Source of the DNA: Opitutales bacterium
GTDB taxonomy: Bacteria; Verrucomicrobiota; Verrucomicrobiia; Opitutales; UBA2987
Direction of reading: 5' to 3'
DNA: 64,000 bases
Assembly: GCA_965226885.1 (NCBI GenBank)
Contig: CBDDEL010000015.1
Span: forward strand, 576,001-640,000
Made by a program: the position numbers and the translations under genes. Positions 31,654 to 43,043 of this stretch are shown here, piece after piece. Under the pieces are notes generated by a model, which had not been told where the DNA came from, did not search any database, and saw only the letters and a program-made list of their open reading frames with translations. Position 1 is the stretch's first letter. Each line of letters starts with the position of its first letter.

Positions 31654-33220
31654 CCCGGATATTTCGTAAAAAAAGTATCGTTGATATGCTTAACTGCTGA
31701 TATACAGCAGGATAGATCAATAATTAAAGCAATATCAGCGATGACAAAAGGTAAACAATTAAAGCTACAGTTGACAAGGGTAAAAGGCCGCCGTGTGCGG
31801 GTTGATTTCAAGGGCGGAGAGGTTACTTCGGATGCCGGACTGCTTTTGATCCGGGAAGTGGATCGGCAGTTGGGCTTGACCGAACGAGCGGCCCGACAGT
31901 TAGTGGACAGACGGCAGAAGGGCAAAGTACGCCATGAGGTCTTGGGGATGCTGCGGCAGCGCGTTTACGGGCTGGTGGCGGGCTATGAGGATTTAAACGA
32001 CTTTGATACCCTGCGCCACGATCCATTGTTGCAAACGGTAACGGGGCGCATTGAAACGTTGGCCAGCGCGCCGACTTTGTGTCGTTTTGAAAACGGGCAG
32101 GATCGGCGGGCGGCCTTTGCGGTAAACGAGCTGTTGGTCGAACAGTTCATGGGCTCCTTTGCCGAGGAACCCGAAGAGATCATCCTGGACTTTGACGCCA
32201 CCGACAATCCGGTGCACGGGCTCCAGGAGGGACGTTTTTTCCACGGTTATTATGATCATTACTGTTTTCTGCCGCTATATGTTTTTTGCGGTGATCAGCT
32301 GCTGGTGGCCTACCTGCGGCCGAGCAAGATCGATGCCAGCAAGCATGCTGGGGCCATCCTCAAATTGCTGGTTAAACGGATTCGCCAAAGCTGGCCCCGT
32401 AAGCGGATTATTTGGCGCGCCGACAGTGGATTCTGTCGAGACCGGATACTCTCTTGGTGCGACCGCAACGAAGTTAGTTACATCGTGGGGATGGCTCGCA
32501 ATGCACGCTTGCAGCAAGACGCCCAGCAGTTGCAAAAGCAGGCCAAAGAATGGTTCGAACTAAGGGGTAAAAAACAACGGTTATTCCAGGACTTCGTCTA
32601 TGCTGCCGATTCGTGGCGATGGCTGCGGTTGGTCATCCATAAAGCCGAACACACCGCACAGGGGTCCAACCCGCGCTTCGTGGTGACGAACCTGCCGGGC
32701 GATCCCCAGGAGCTTTACGACAAGGTATACTGTGGCCGCGGTGAAATGGAGAACCGAATCAAGGAACAGATGCAATTGTTCAGCGAGCGCACCAGCGCCC
32801 ATCAATGGTGGGCCAATCAGTGGCGATTGCTCTTGTCGGCGCTGGCCTACACCTTGATGGAAGCCATGCGCCGGTTAGCCTTAAAAGGGACGAAGTGGGC
32901 GCGGGCCCAATGCCACACCCTGCGGCTCAAATTAATCAAGATCGGAGCGGTCATCGTGCGCAACACCCGAACGATTCACTTTCACCTAAGTGAGAGTTAT
33001 CCTTGGGCCAGTCTTTTCAACCATGCGGCCCGCCGATTGGTGCCAACCTAAAGGGTGCATTGGTGCTGCCCCCGGCACTACCGAACCAATGGGGGAAAGG
33101 GGGCAGTGTCTCTACACCCTGAAAAACACCTAAAAATCAAGACGATCTGCTCAAAATACAAAGAAATCCATCTCCAATAGCAATAACGAGCCAAACTTTA
33201 CCCTTCATGAAATATCCGGG
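31654..33220 (+). mobile_element. IS1380-family element (1567 bp), intact
   Basis: IRs CCCGGATATTTC; 4-bp TSD CTAG. Confidence 0.95.
31741..33051 (+). CDS. IS1380 transposase
   Basis: GGEVTSDAGLLL, LDFDATD, RADSGF, YCGRGEMENRIKE. Confidence 0.95.
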   Translation: MTKGKQLKLQLTRVKGRRVRVDFKGGEVTSDAGLLLIREVDRQLGLTERAARQLVDRRQKGKVRHEVLGMLRQRVYGLVAGYEDLNDFDTLRHDPLLQTVTGRIETLASAPTLCRFENGQDRRAAFAVNELLVEQFMGSFAEEPEEIILDFDATDNPVHGLQEGRFFHGYYDHYCFLPLYVFCGDQLLVAYLRPSKIDASKHAGAILKLLVKRIRQSWPRKRIIWRADSGFCRDRILSWCDRNEVSYIVGMARNARLQQDAQQLQKQAKEWFELRGKKQRLFQDFVYAADSWRWLRLVIHKAEHTAQGSNPRFVVTNLPGDPQELYDKVYCGRGEMENRIKEQMQLFSERTSAHQWWANQWRLLLSALAYTLMEAMRRLALKGTKWARAQCHTLRLKLIKIGAVIVRNTRTIHFHLSESYPWASLFNHAARRLVPT

Positions 33221-33282
33221 CTAGGGCGCACCGAATCCAAAGAGTTTGGCCGTCGTTTCACCAACCCCTTTAATCAAAAATG

Positions 33283-34084
33283 GGTAGTGTATTAAGTAGG
33301 AATGGTGGCTAATTCTTGATTATATTGATGAATGAAAAGTCTCAGACAGGTTTCATGCATACTCTTAAGCTTGGAAAAGGAGAGGGTTTTGCGTGTGAAA
33401 CGACCCAGTCGTTGGCGCAGGGTATTGTTCCATCGTTCCACATGGGCCGTTTCACCGGTTTCTTTTCCCACGGATCGGTTATGAGGAAAGACTTCATCAT
33501 AAGTGCTCCAAAAGTCGCTGTAGGTGGCACATCTTTTGTAGGCCCGTGGCAGACGCTCGTAAAGTTCCCGGCAACGATACCAATCCCGAGGCCCAATGGC
33601 ATAGGAGAGGATTTGACGGGTGCGTCGGCAAAGAGCGATCCAAACCCATTGGGCATCGCTCTTGCGCCCCACAAAAGACCACAGTTCGTCCAGTTCAATG
33701 ACATCATGGCGGCGGGCCGCAAGAATCGTGCTTTTGAGCGGTCGCAGCGATTGTCGTTTTTTTTAACCAACTCAAACCGGTGTTGGGACTCACCCCGAAG
33801 GCGCGCTGTAAACCGCGTAGACTGCTGCGTTCCTGATAGACTCGAAGGATCATTTCTTTTTGCTCTTCGGTGTATTTCACTGTGGGGTTTTCGCGGCTTT
33901 GTTTACCACAATCATGGCAGCGGTAGCGCTGTTTATGGTTGGGCGTCTTGCCAAATTTAATTATATTTTCACTTCCACAGTGCCGACAATTAATAATTTT
34001 AGTAACCATGCACTAAGAATAAACTGCCTAACGCTATTTGTACAGCTAAAAATACAAAATAACATTCTTTTTTTATACACTACC
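33283..34084 (-). mobile_element. IS1-family element (802 bp)
   Basis: IRs present; 8-bp TSD with one mismatch (CAAAAATG / CAAAAAGG). Confidence 0.93.
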
Positions 34085-34417
34085 CAAAAAGGAGCCATAG
34101 AAATGCCCGAAAAAAAGACCGACAAATCCAACGAAAATGGGAACCCATGGATGGATCCTCTTCAGTCCCGCCATAACGCTTTCACCGTGTTGGTTGCAAA
34201 GCTGATACTTGGCAATTATGGAAACGAATATGAAGCGTACGAAAAGAGCTATCGCCATCGCCCACATCAGCGAATAACCATAGTTGCCTCCCGCCACGGC
34301 CGAATCGACCAAGTCCCCGGCGCCCAGCCAGGTCAGGGCCATAACGATTCCCGGACCAATGGATCTGATGTATTGGCCGAAAGATTTTGGTATCTGAACT
34401 TCAGATTTTGTCATAAT

Positions 34418-35745
34418 TGATGTGCACTGGAAAAAGTGGACACGAGATTCTCCTAAATGGAGAATCGAAGCATGGGAAGAAGACGCTTTAGTATAGAGTT
34501 CAAAAATGAGGCAGTTCAACTGATGATACTCGATGGTCTGAGCGCCACCGAGGTATCGACCAAACTTGGGGTCAACACCAACCAATTGTATAGGTGGAAG
34601 AGGCTCTATCTGGACGATCAGCAGGGCGAAGCCACCTCAAAGCGACAGAGCAGTCCGAAGGAGATGGCGGCCGAGATAGATCGTCTTCGCAAAGAGCTGC
34701 GCCGCTCGGAGCGGATCAACCAGATACTAAAAAAAACGGTGGGCTACTTTGCCAAGGACGAACAATGAAGTACCAGTTTGTCAAAGACAACGAGGGGCGC
34801 TTCAAGATCGAGGAAATATGCTCGGCGATGGGGATTTGTCGCAGTGGCTATTACTGCTGGAGGCACCGAGCGCCCTCGGCCCGGCGGATCGAGGACGAGG
34901 GAATCAAGGGGGCGATCCTGAAGGTACACAAAGAGGCCAAGGGCCGCTATGGGCATCGGCCAATGCACCGCCATCTGAAGGATGATGAGGGCATCGATTG
35001 CGGCCGTGACCGGGCTCTGCGTCTGATGCGTGAAATGGGAATCAAAAGCACCCAGAGTAAACGCTTTAAGCCATTAAGAACCAACAGTAACCATCCCTAT
35101 GGTTACAGCCCCAATGTGCTTAAAAAGCATGGCCAGCCGACCCATATCGACGAGGTCTGGGTGGCGGACACGACCTACCTACGGACCCTGGCCGGTTGGA
35201 TGTACTTGGCCACGGTGATGGACCTGTTCAGCCGACGCCTGCTGGGCTGGAGCGTTTCCAACCACAACGACGCGAAGCTGGTTGGCAAGGCCCTCAAAGC
35301 CGCGGCCATGACCCGCGGCACACTGCGCACCGGGATTATTCATCACAGCGATCGGGGCAGCCCCTACGCCAGCGACGACTATCAGAGGCTGGTCTCTGAA
35401 CTAGGCATGAAGCCGAGCATGAGCGCCCAAGGCAACTGCTACGACAACGCGGCCATGGAATCGTTCTACGGCCGCTTCAAGACCAGCACGATTCGAGGCC
35501 GCCACTTTGCCGACGAGCGCGAACTGCGATCAACTGTCTTCGAATACGTGGAAATCTTCTACAACCGATATCGCAAACATTCCTCTCTGAGTTACCAAAG
35601 CCCAGTCCAATTCGAGGAAAATATTTGCCCCCCATGGGGGGCAACGAGAAAACAAAACCCTTTACCAAAACAAGCCGCCTGACACACTAATCAATAAACA
35701 ATGAATATAAGAGAATCCCGTGTCCAACAAATCCAGTACACGTCA
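34418..35745 (+). mobile_element. IS3-family element (orfA 34457-34768, orfB 34765-35682)
   Basis: TG...CA ends, ~35-bp imperfect IRs, TSD TAAT; HTH OrfA; WVADTTY, HSDRGS, DNAAMES in OrfB; A-run at the overlap. Confidence 0.95.
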
Positions 35746-35998
35746 TAATAAAGTATTAAAAGAGAGTGGTTGATAAATAAGTTGTTTGTGGTTTATTAAG
35801 AATAAATTTGGATTGGTTACAACAAATAATCCATAGTCTTATTCTGCCACGAAAAATGAAGATAACCATAAGGATATTAAGGCATGAAAACGAGCCTCCC
35901 CGAAGCTACTTATCTGACCCATGAATTTTCCCCATGCGCCATGGAATGCAATTTTGGGATTGATTGATTCGATCAAAAACAGATCTAGGTCAAAAAGT

Positions 35999-37177
35999 TC
36001 AGATGCGCTTTCTTACGGTGAAAAAAGTACCGCGAACGATTCTTTCGTCTTCCTCGTCGACTTCGTGATAGACCTGGATTGTGTCGGGGGCGACTTCCAG
36101 AATGTAATTGTAAGCTCCGGTATTTCCAAACTGGAATGCCCCTTTCCAGGTTTGCCCGTTGTCGTCTGAGAATATCAACCAGTTGCCGGGCCGGCTGTAG
36201 GTACAAACAATTATCCCGTTGCGCATGGTTACGAGATTCGGGCATACGCCTCGATCCGCTATCTGGACCGGAGGCGTCCAACTACGCCCGGCGTCGCTCG
36301 AACGCGAACAGTAAAGGGGAGTGGGGAAAAGGGTGGCGGCAGCTTCATTGCGCCCGCCTGACCGCATCACGCAGATGAGATCTCCGTTTGGCGCAAGGGT
36401 CAGATCCGCTTCGCGGAAGCCTTCCTGGGTAATGGCCGGAACAATCGCGGTTGGGCTGACACGGCTGGGAGGTATACTCAGGCCGACTTGTTCGTGATCC
36501 TTGGGGACGCCGCGCCCCAGCATCGTATCATAGGCGACCAGGACGTGATTGCCCCAGGTGCGGCCTTTATCCTTGGAGAAAACAACGATGGTGCGGTATT
36601 TCCTCTGGTTCAGAGCGGGGGGATAACCATCGCAAAGAACGGTGTCGCCCTCGTAGTTGCCGTACATCGTGCCGATGAGATTGCCATCTGGGAGCTCAAG
36701 GATGCCGTGGTGAAAGAGAAATCCGTCCACCCGGCTCCCGCTTCCTGTCACGGTATAGGAAGCGTTCGGAATGTCGATAACCGCCTCCTCCTTTTTCACG
36801 GTTTTCCAATTATCGAGCGACCGGCGCTGGTTGGCGGTGAACTTGCCATCGGGCCTTACCTTCGAATTGCGCCCGACTGCAAGAATCTCGCGGCCCAGGT
36901 CGATTGCGACCTTTTCTCCGGGTCCCTCCGGGCCGTGCTCGAACGTATGCCCGCCGTCCAGAGACCAAAAACTTTCATCCTTGGAGCCCACAACAATACG
37001 TCCATCGTCAAACATAAAAGCCATTGCCGTCTTGTGTGAGGGTATTGAAACGTAATCGCCGGTCCGAACATCAATACCCGGGATGTCAGGAATTTCCGCA
37101 AAGTAGCGTTCCGCGTAAGCAGACGCTGTGACAAGCATCAAGCAAAGGGCGAAATTGAAGGTATTTCGTAGTTTCAT
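35999..37177 (-). CDS. Secreted BNR/Asp-box sialidase-like protein
   Basis: Signal peptide AYA-E; five SxDxGxTW-type Asp boxes. Confidence 0.8.
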   Translation of the reverse strand: MKLRNTFNFALCLMLVTASAYAERYFAEIPDIPGIDVRTGDYVSIPSHKTAMAFMFDDGRIVVGSKDESFWSLDGGHTFEHGPEGPGEKVAIDLGREILAVGRNSKVRPDGKFTANQRRSLDNWKTVKKEEAVIDIPNASYTVTGSGSRVDGFLFHHGILELPDGNLIGTMYGNYEGDTVLCDGYPPALNQRKYRTIVVFSKDKGRTWGNHVLVAYDTMLGRGVPKDHEQVGLSIPPSRVSPTAIVPAITQEGFREADLTLAPNGDLICVMRSGGRNEAAATLFPTPLYCSRSSDAGRSWTPPVQIADRGVCPNLVTMRNGIIVCTYSRPGNWLIFSDDNGQTWKGAFQFGNTGAYNYILEVAPDTIQVYHEVDEEDERIVRGTFFTVRKRI

Positions 37178-38656
37178 TTAATGAATTAGGTCGAAACTAA
37201 ATAAGGAGCCGTTTGTCCAGGAAAATTCAAACTGCACCTGTTGCCCTTGGAGTGTCGAAAGATCCTTTCCCCAACTTACCCCATGCCTGAGTGAATCCCC
37301 ATTCACAGGCTGGCAATCCACAAAATCGAAATCTTCGAAGGTGTCTCCATTTTTGTCCAACACGCGTACGCGTAGAGCACCCTGAAAACCTAAAATGTCG
37401 GCGTTGACGGTCATAGATCCCGCCTTCAATATGGCGGGCGCGGTCACCAGCCGCCCCTCCCCGAAATCCGCGTCCCATGATACATATCGATCGCGCTTCA
37501 TCTTTGCCATCCCGATCTGACGCTCCCTGAACCGTTCCGCCTTGTGGCCGCGAGCATAACCGCCATAGTAAAGGTAAACTTCGTCGCCGACCAGCACCTG
37601 ACAATCGACCCAAACGTGGGCGCGGTCCCATGAACCGGATCTGGAATTCCGGTCCAAGAACGGTTCGATGTCGCGCCGCCAGGTGCGTCCGTCCCGGCTC
37701 CATGCCAATGTGGTGTATCCGATCCCGGCAGCTTTTCGTTCAGGATCGCCCAAATTCGAAGACACCATATTGGGCTCGGCGTTCAGGTCGTCCCGCAGCA
37801 CCTTAACCAGTCCCAAAAGCAAATAGCCGCGCCTTAAAATGCCATTCATGCAATAAAATTGCGTTTCTCCCCAATCACCCATTTCTGGTTGGATGATCGA
37901 CCATGGTTTCTCCCAATTAACCAGATCCTTGCTGACGCTCTGATGAGGGATGCGACGACGGATGCCCGACCAAGTCGAACCCGCCGTAACATTGATCGAC
38001 ACAAACGCAATGTATTGCTTGCGTATGGGATCCCATTGAATCGAATTAATATCGTGGTTGTGTGGCAGGACGACTCCGGGTCGAAGCATCTTCCACTTTA
38101 GACCGTCCGATGAAACGGCGATTTTCAAACCGCCAACTCCGTCTTCATCTTTTCCCCAGAAACCGTAGGCGAAACGCTCCGCAAGTTGCCCGAAATCCTT
38201 CCCACGGTCCAGCACGCTGGCGCCGAATTGGATATGGTCCGGATCTTCCAGAACCCGATGGGGACGATTCCAGTGGATGCCGTCCCGAGAGGTGATATGT
38301 CCCAAGTGGGATTGCGACCTATTTTCCGGCGTATTGTACCACATGCGAAACATACCATCGTCTGGATATTGCACAACGGTTATGTAGGGTTGAAAATTTT
38401 CGTCTTCGAGGGAAGTTACGACCGGATGCGGAAGCCGCTCCGGTTCATGTATGGTTCGACGGATGTTGGCCTGATCATAAATCAGCAACTGGTCGAGGAG
38501 CAGGTAGGGTCCCGGCTCGTAGGCAAATTCCGGTTGGTTGCTCTGTTGGGCCATCAACAAGTGGGAACCACCCAAAATGGAGAGGACCGTCAAGAAATTT
38601 AACAACGGATGCCGGCGGCCGGGGAGGATTAGCGTACTTGTGCGATTTAATATCAT
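37178..38656 (-). CDS. Secreted glycosidase-like beta-propeller protein
   Basis: SxDGxxW repeats, YLYYGG, C-terminal NAD...LRVRV domain; architecture like 26068-27801. Confidence 0.7.
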   Translation of the reverse strand: MILNRTSTLILPGRRHPLLNFLTVLSILGGSHLLMAQQSNQPEFAYEPGPYLLLDQLLIYDQANIRRTIHEPERLPHPVVTSLEDENFQPYITVVQYPDDGMFRMWYNTPENRSQSHLGHITSRDGIHWNRPHRVLEDPDHIQFGASVLDRGKDFGQLAERFAYGFWGKDEDGVGGLKIAVSSDGLKWKMLRPGVVLPHNHDINSIQWDPIRKQYIAFVSINVTAGSTWSGIRRRIPHQSVSKDLVNWEKPWSIIQPEMGDWGETQFYCMNGILRRGYLLLGLVKVLRDDLNAEPNMVSSNLGDPERKAAGIGYTTLAWSRDGRTWRRDIEPFLDRNSRSGSWDRAHVWVDCQVLVGDEVYLYYGGYARGHKAERFRERQIGMAKMKRDRYVSWDADFGEGRLVTAPAILKAGSMTVNADILGFQGALRVRVLDKNGDTFEDFDFVDCQPVNGDSLRHGVSWGKDLSTLQGQQVQFEFSWTNGSLFSFDLIH

Positions 38657-38922
38657 ATTTCTGCTTTGTATTGGCTGGAAGCGTGAGGTTAAAAGTCTGA
38701 TAATCGAATTTAAAAGGAAACTATACAGCGAAATCGCCCTTGCATTGCAGATTTCCGTTAATAATACGGGATCGCACCCCGGCAGTCCAGGGATTTATCG
38801 TGATTTTGGCAACAGATCAGCATACTTCTTCCAATAAATTATTAAAGCCTATCTGCTTAAAATCTAGTGACAACTCGATCAATTGCTGTTCCCATAATTC
38901 AGTGACCAAGTGTTATGGTGGC

Positions 38923-39716
38923 ATGGATTATATTTTCCATTTCTATCTGCATCTCACTCAAACTACATACAAAAATATTTCCTTCCAAACCAAATTTAAA
39001 CGAGACACGAATTTTTTCGCTGTCGGATTGCTGTCTCTGGCACTGATGGGTTGCTCGGCGGAAAAGGCCGGGGTTGTGTTCAAATACAGCCACTCACAGC
39101 CAGAACAATCACCGCGCAGCCAATCCATGATATTCTTTGAGAAGGAGTTGGAGGCGCGTTCGAGCGGGCGCATACAGGTCGAAAATTATTTCGCCGCGGT
39201 TCTGGGGAACGAACGCGAAATGATGGATATGGTTGCGATGGGTACGCTTCAGGGGACGCGGGGCGGACTCTTCATCGACGCCAATCCGAAATACGCGATT
39301 TATATGCTTCCATTCATGGTGGAGAATTGGTACCAGGCTTTGAGGCTGATCAAAAGTGATTTCACAAAAAAAATCAATGAAGATGCCCGATCCAACGGTT
39401 TCCACATTCCGGCCACGGGAATTTCTCAAGGCTTCCGCGCCCACACGAACAACGTTCGCCCGGTGAAGTCGCCGGAAAATCTGAAGGGGCTGAAAATGCG
39501 CGTGCCACCGCAGGAGGTCTATCGGGCACTCAAAACCGGTGTTCTCGACGGACAGGACAACCCACCGTCAAACATCTGGGATTATAAGATTTTCGAAGTC
39601 CAGAAATATATGACCGTGACTAACTACGCGACAGGGCCGGACCCCTTCATGGTAAATCTCGATTGGTATAACTCGCTCCCAGACGATCTTAAGAAGATAT
39701 TCGACGAAGTCGCAAT
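38923..39716 (+). pseudogene. dctP: TRAP substrate-binding protein, internally deleted and 3' truncated by IS1
   Basis: LMG-C lipobox; LKGLKMRVP joined directly to EVYRALKTGVLDGQDNP; start uncertain. Confidence 0.8.
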
Positions 39717-40518
39717 GGTAGTGTATTAAGTAGGAATGGTGGCTAATTCTTGATTATATTGATGAATGAAAAGTCTCAGACAGGTTTCATGCATACTCTT
39801 AAGCTTGGAAAAGGAGAGGGTTTTGCGTGTGAAACGACCCAGTCGTTGGCGCAGGGTATTGTTCCATCGTTCCACATGGGCCGTTTCACCGGTCTCTTTT
39901 CCCACGGATCGGTTATGAGGAAAGACTTCATCATAAGTGCTCCAAAAGTCGCTGTAGGTGGCACATCTTTTGTAGGCCCGTGGCAGACGCTCGTAAAGTT
40001 CCCGGCAACGATACCAATCCCGAGGCCCAATGGCATAGGAGAGGATTTGACGGGTGCGTCGGCAAAGAGCGATCCAAACCCATTGGGCATCGCTCTTGCG
40101 CCCCACAAAAGACCACAGTTCGTCCAGTTCAATGACATCATGGCGGCGGGCCGCAAGAATCGTGCTTTTGAGCGGTCGCAGCGATTGTCGTTTTTTTTAA
40201 CCAACTCAAACCGGTGTTGGGACTCACCCCGAAGGCGCGCTGTAAACCGCGTAGACTGCTGCGTTCCTGATAGACTCGAAGGATCATTTCTTTTTGCTCT
40301 TCGGTGTATTTCACTGTGGGGTTTTCGCGGCTTTGTTTACCACAATCATGGCAGCGGTAGCGCTGTTTATGGTTGGGCGTCTTGCCAAATTTAATGATAT
40401 TTTCACTTCCACAGTGCCGACAATTAATAATTTTAGTAACCATGCACTAAAAATAAACTGCCTAACGCTATTTGTACAGCTAAAAATACAAAATAACATT
40501 CTTTTTTTATACACTACC
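39717..40518 (-). mobile_element. IS1-family element (802 bp), no TSD
   Basis: IRs present; flanks GTCGCAAT / AAATCAGG differ; both neighbouring genes lack their 3' ends. Confidence 0.93.
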
Positions 40519-40858
40519 AAATCAGGTGGTCGAATTGGCGCCTTTTCCGGTTTATGACAGCCTGCAACAGTTCAACCGACCGTCTCGGGTTCGGCCCGGC
40601 CAGAGAGCAGTTGAAACACCACGCCGCCTCCACCGGTTGGAGCGCATTGGGCACGCTGTAAAAATCGCCCGCCGCCAGGACAACCCAATGGCCGTCTTTT
40701 TCAAAAGCCAGCAGAGGCCGCGGCGGATGCAGGTGTTTGTGCGCCGCCAGAATCCAGTCGCTGCCCGAGCAATAGGTGGCGATGCCGGGCGTTGCCGCCA
40801 CGGCGGTGTCGAATTCGCAGGCGCGACGCTTAAATTCCTCCAGTCCGAATTTCCGCAC
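40519..40858 (-). pseudogene. Probable GNAT-family protein N-terminus, truncated by IS1
   Basis: Follows tsaD; YCSGSDW...PVEAAWCFNCSLAG resembles N-termini of CelD/BcsL-type GNATs; frame runs into the IS. Confidence 0.45.
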
Positions 40859-40871
40859 TTTCGGCCGCCTT

Positions 40872-41921
40872 TCAATCGAGGGTCAGCGACGGGTAAAAAG
40901 AGAGCGAACGATCGCTGTCGGGATGAATTCCGTGCGGGTCCGCGAAGGCGGCAAAAGCAATCATGGCGGCATTGTCACCGGTGTGATCGGGGCGGGCCGC
41001 GAAAAAAGGAAGCCCGGTTTTTTCCGCCAACCGGGAAAAGGCGGAGCGCAGCCGCCCGTTGTTGGCCACCCCTCCCGACAATCCTAGACTGGCAAAATTC
41101 TCCGTATTGAGAACCTGGCCGGTTTTGCGAACCAGCGCATCGACCACCGCTTCCTGGTAGCTGGCGCAAAGATCGGAAAAAGAGGATTCCAGGGCGGCAT
41201 CGTCCATTTTTTCCAGGCGGTAGCGAAGGCTCGTTTTCAATCCTGAAAAACTGAATTTCCTCTCGCCAGTGTGGTAAAATGCCCTGGGGAACTGAAATGC
41301 GTCCGGGTTTCCCGATTCCGCTCTTTCCTCGATGGCCGGACCTCCCGGAAAACCCAGTCCCAGCAATTTGGCCCCTTTGTCGAGAGCCTCTCCGGCCGCG
41401 TCGTCCACCGTGCGGGCGATCATTTCAAATTTGTTGCCGGGATGGATGACGAAGAGGAGCGTGTTGCCCCCGGAAACGATGAGGCCGAGATGGGGCAGCA
41501 GTTTTTGCAGATTTTTCTCAAAATTGTCGGGATTTTCCTCATGCAAGTTAATGAATGGGGAAAAGGCGTGCCCGCGCAAATGGTTGACGCCGGCCAGGGG
41601 CGCTTTCCAGGCGAGGGCCAGGCTTTTGCCCAGGGCCACTCCGATTGCCAGGCAGCCGGCCAGACCCGGCCCGCAGGTAACCGCTATTTTATCCGCTTTG
41701 CCACCCTCCAACAATTCCATTACCTTTTCCAGCAAGAGAGGGAAATTGGTCAGGTGTTCGCGACTGGCCAGGTCGGGTACGACCCCGCCGTATTCGCCAT
41801 GCAGGGCGATCTGGGTATGCACCCATTCCCCCCGAAGTCCCCGCGCCGGGTCGAACAGAGCCAGGGCGGATTCATCGCAGGAACTCTCAATGGCGAGGAT
41901 CACAGGAGCATTCAAGGGCAT
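40872..41921 (-). CDS. tsaD: tRNA N6-adenosine threonylcarbamoyltransferase
   Basis: [57 protein letters not shown]. Confidence 0.95.
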   Translation of the reverse strand: MPLNAPVILAIESSCDESALALFDPARGLRGEWVHTQIALHGEYGGVVPDLASREHLTNFPLLLEKVMELLEGGKADKIAVTCGPGLAGCLAIGVALGKSLALAWKAPLAGVNHLRGHAFSPFINLHEENPDNFEKNLQKLLPHLGLIVSGGNTLLFVIHPGNKFEMIARTVDDAAGEALDKGAKLLGLGFPGGPAIEERAESGNPDAFQFPRAFYHTGERKFSFSGLKTSLRYRLEKMDDAALESSFSDLCASYQEAVVDALVRKTGQVLNTENFASLGLSGGVANNGRLRSAFSRLAEKTGLPFFAARPDHTGDNAAMIAFAAFADPHGIHPDSDRSLSFYPSLTLD

Positions 41922-42002
41922 ATGACAGAGAAAATCAAAACATCCGGCGGCAAAATGCAATGTTGTGTTGCCGCGGTCGAAAAGGGGCTACTTATTTCAA
42001 TC

Positions 42003-43031
42003 ATGCAAGCCATTGTAAAAAAAGAAGCGGGACCCGGCCTGGCTCTGAAAAGAGTGCGCATTCCGGAGCCGGGCCATAACGATGTCCTCATCAAAGTGCT
42101 CAAGACTTCCATTTGCGGGACCGATGTGCATATCGACCTGTGGGACGACTGGGCGGCAAAAACGATCAAGGCGCCCATGATTATCGGCCATGAGTTTGTC
42201 GGCCGGGTCCATGCCCTGGGCAAGAACGTGCAGGGTTCTCAAAAAGGGGACCTGGTCACGGGCGAGGGGCATCTTGTCTGCGGGCATTGCCGCAATTGCC
42301 TGGCCGGACGGCGGCATTTGTGCAGTAATACGGTGGGGGTGGGGGTGCATCGCGACGGCGCTTTTGCCGAGTATGTCTGCATACCGGCCACCAATGTCTG
42401 GCATGCCGATCCGGCCATATCCACCGAGGTCATTTCCTGTTTCGACCCTTTGGGCAATGCAGTGCATACGGCGTTGACTTACGATCTGGTGGGGGAAGAT
42501 GTCCTCATAACCGGGGCCGGGCCCATCGGCTGCATGGCGGTGGCCATTGCCAAACACGCGGGGGCCCGCCATGTCGTGGTGACCGACCTCAACCCCTACC
42601 GGCTGGACCTGGCCCGCCAGATGGGCGCTTCCGTAGCCATCGACCCGCGCAGCGAATCATTAAAAGATGTGAAAAAGCTGCTCGATATGAAAGAGGGCTT
42701 CGATTTTGGGTTGGAAATGTCCGGCAGTCCGCAAGCCCTCAGCGAGATGATCGACGTCATGTTCCACGGCGGGAGCATCGCCCTACTGGGTCTGCCCTCC
42801 AAGAACATCACCATCGACTTGAACTCCATCATCTTCAATGGGCTGACCTTAAAAGGCATCTACGGGCGCAAAATGTACGAGACCTGGTATAAAACCACGG
42901 TCATGCTACAGGCCGGTCTCGACATCGAACCAGTGATCACCCACCGCTTCCATTACACCGAATTTCAAAAAGGCTTCGAACTAATGAAAAGCGGCCAATG
43001 CGGAAAAGTCATCCTCGTCTGGTCGAAGTAA
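42003..43031 (+). CDS. tdh: L-threonine 3-dehydrogenase
   Basis: [45 protein letters not shown]. Confidence 0.95.
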   Translation: MQAIVKKEAGPGLALKRVRIPEPGHNDVLIKVLKTSICGTDVHIDLWDDWAAKTIKAPMIIGHEFVGRVHALGKNVQGSQKGDLVTGEGHLVCGHCRNCLAGRRHLCSNTVGVGVHRDGAFAEYVCIPATNVWHADPAISTEVISCFDPLGNAVHTALTYDLVGEDVLITGAGPIGCMAVAIAKHAGARHVVVTDLNPYRLDLARQMGASVAIDPRSESLKDVKKLLDMKEGFDFGLEMSGSPQALSEMIDVMFHGGSIALLGLPSKNITIDLNSIIFNGLTLKGIYGRKMYETWYKTTVMLQAGLDIEPVITHRFHYTEFQKGFELMKSGQCGKVILVWSK

Positions 43032-43043
43032 AAGACACCTTGG

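Larger units (their letters stand above)
30741..34414 (-). pseudogene. Nramp-family transporter interrupted by IS1380 and IS1, with an in-frame TAG
   Basis: IGPGIVMALTWLGAGDLV start; pieces 34414-34085, 33274-33221 and 31649-30741 rejoin in frame. Confidence 0.88.

Noticed and set aside
33058..33107. HDV-like ribozyme in the IS1380 3' region
   Set aside because: The topology is reminiscent, but the L3 consensus and catalytic C in J4/2 are absent.
41271..42002. 244-aa N-terminal extension of Tdh
   Set aside because: Antisense shadow of tsaD; Tdh homology starts at ATG 42003.
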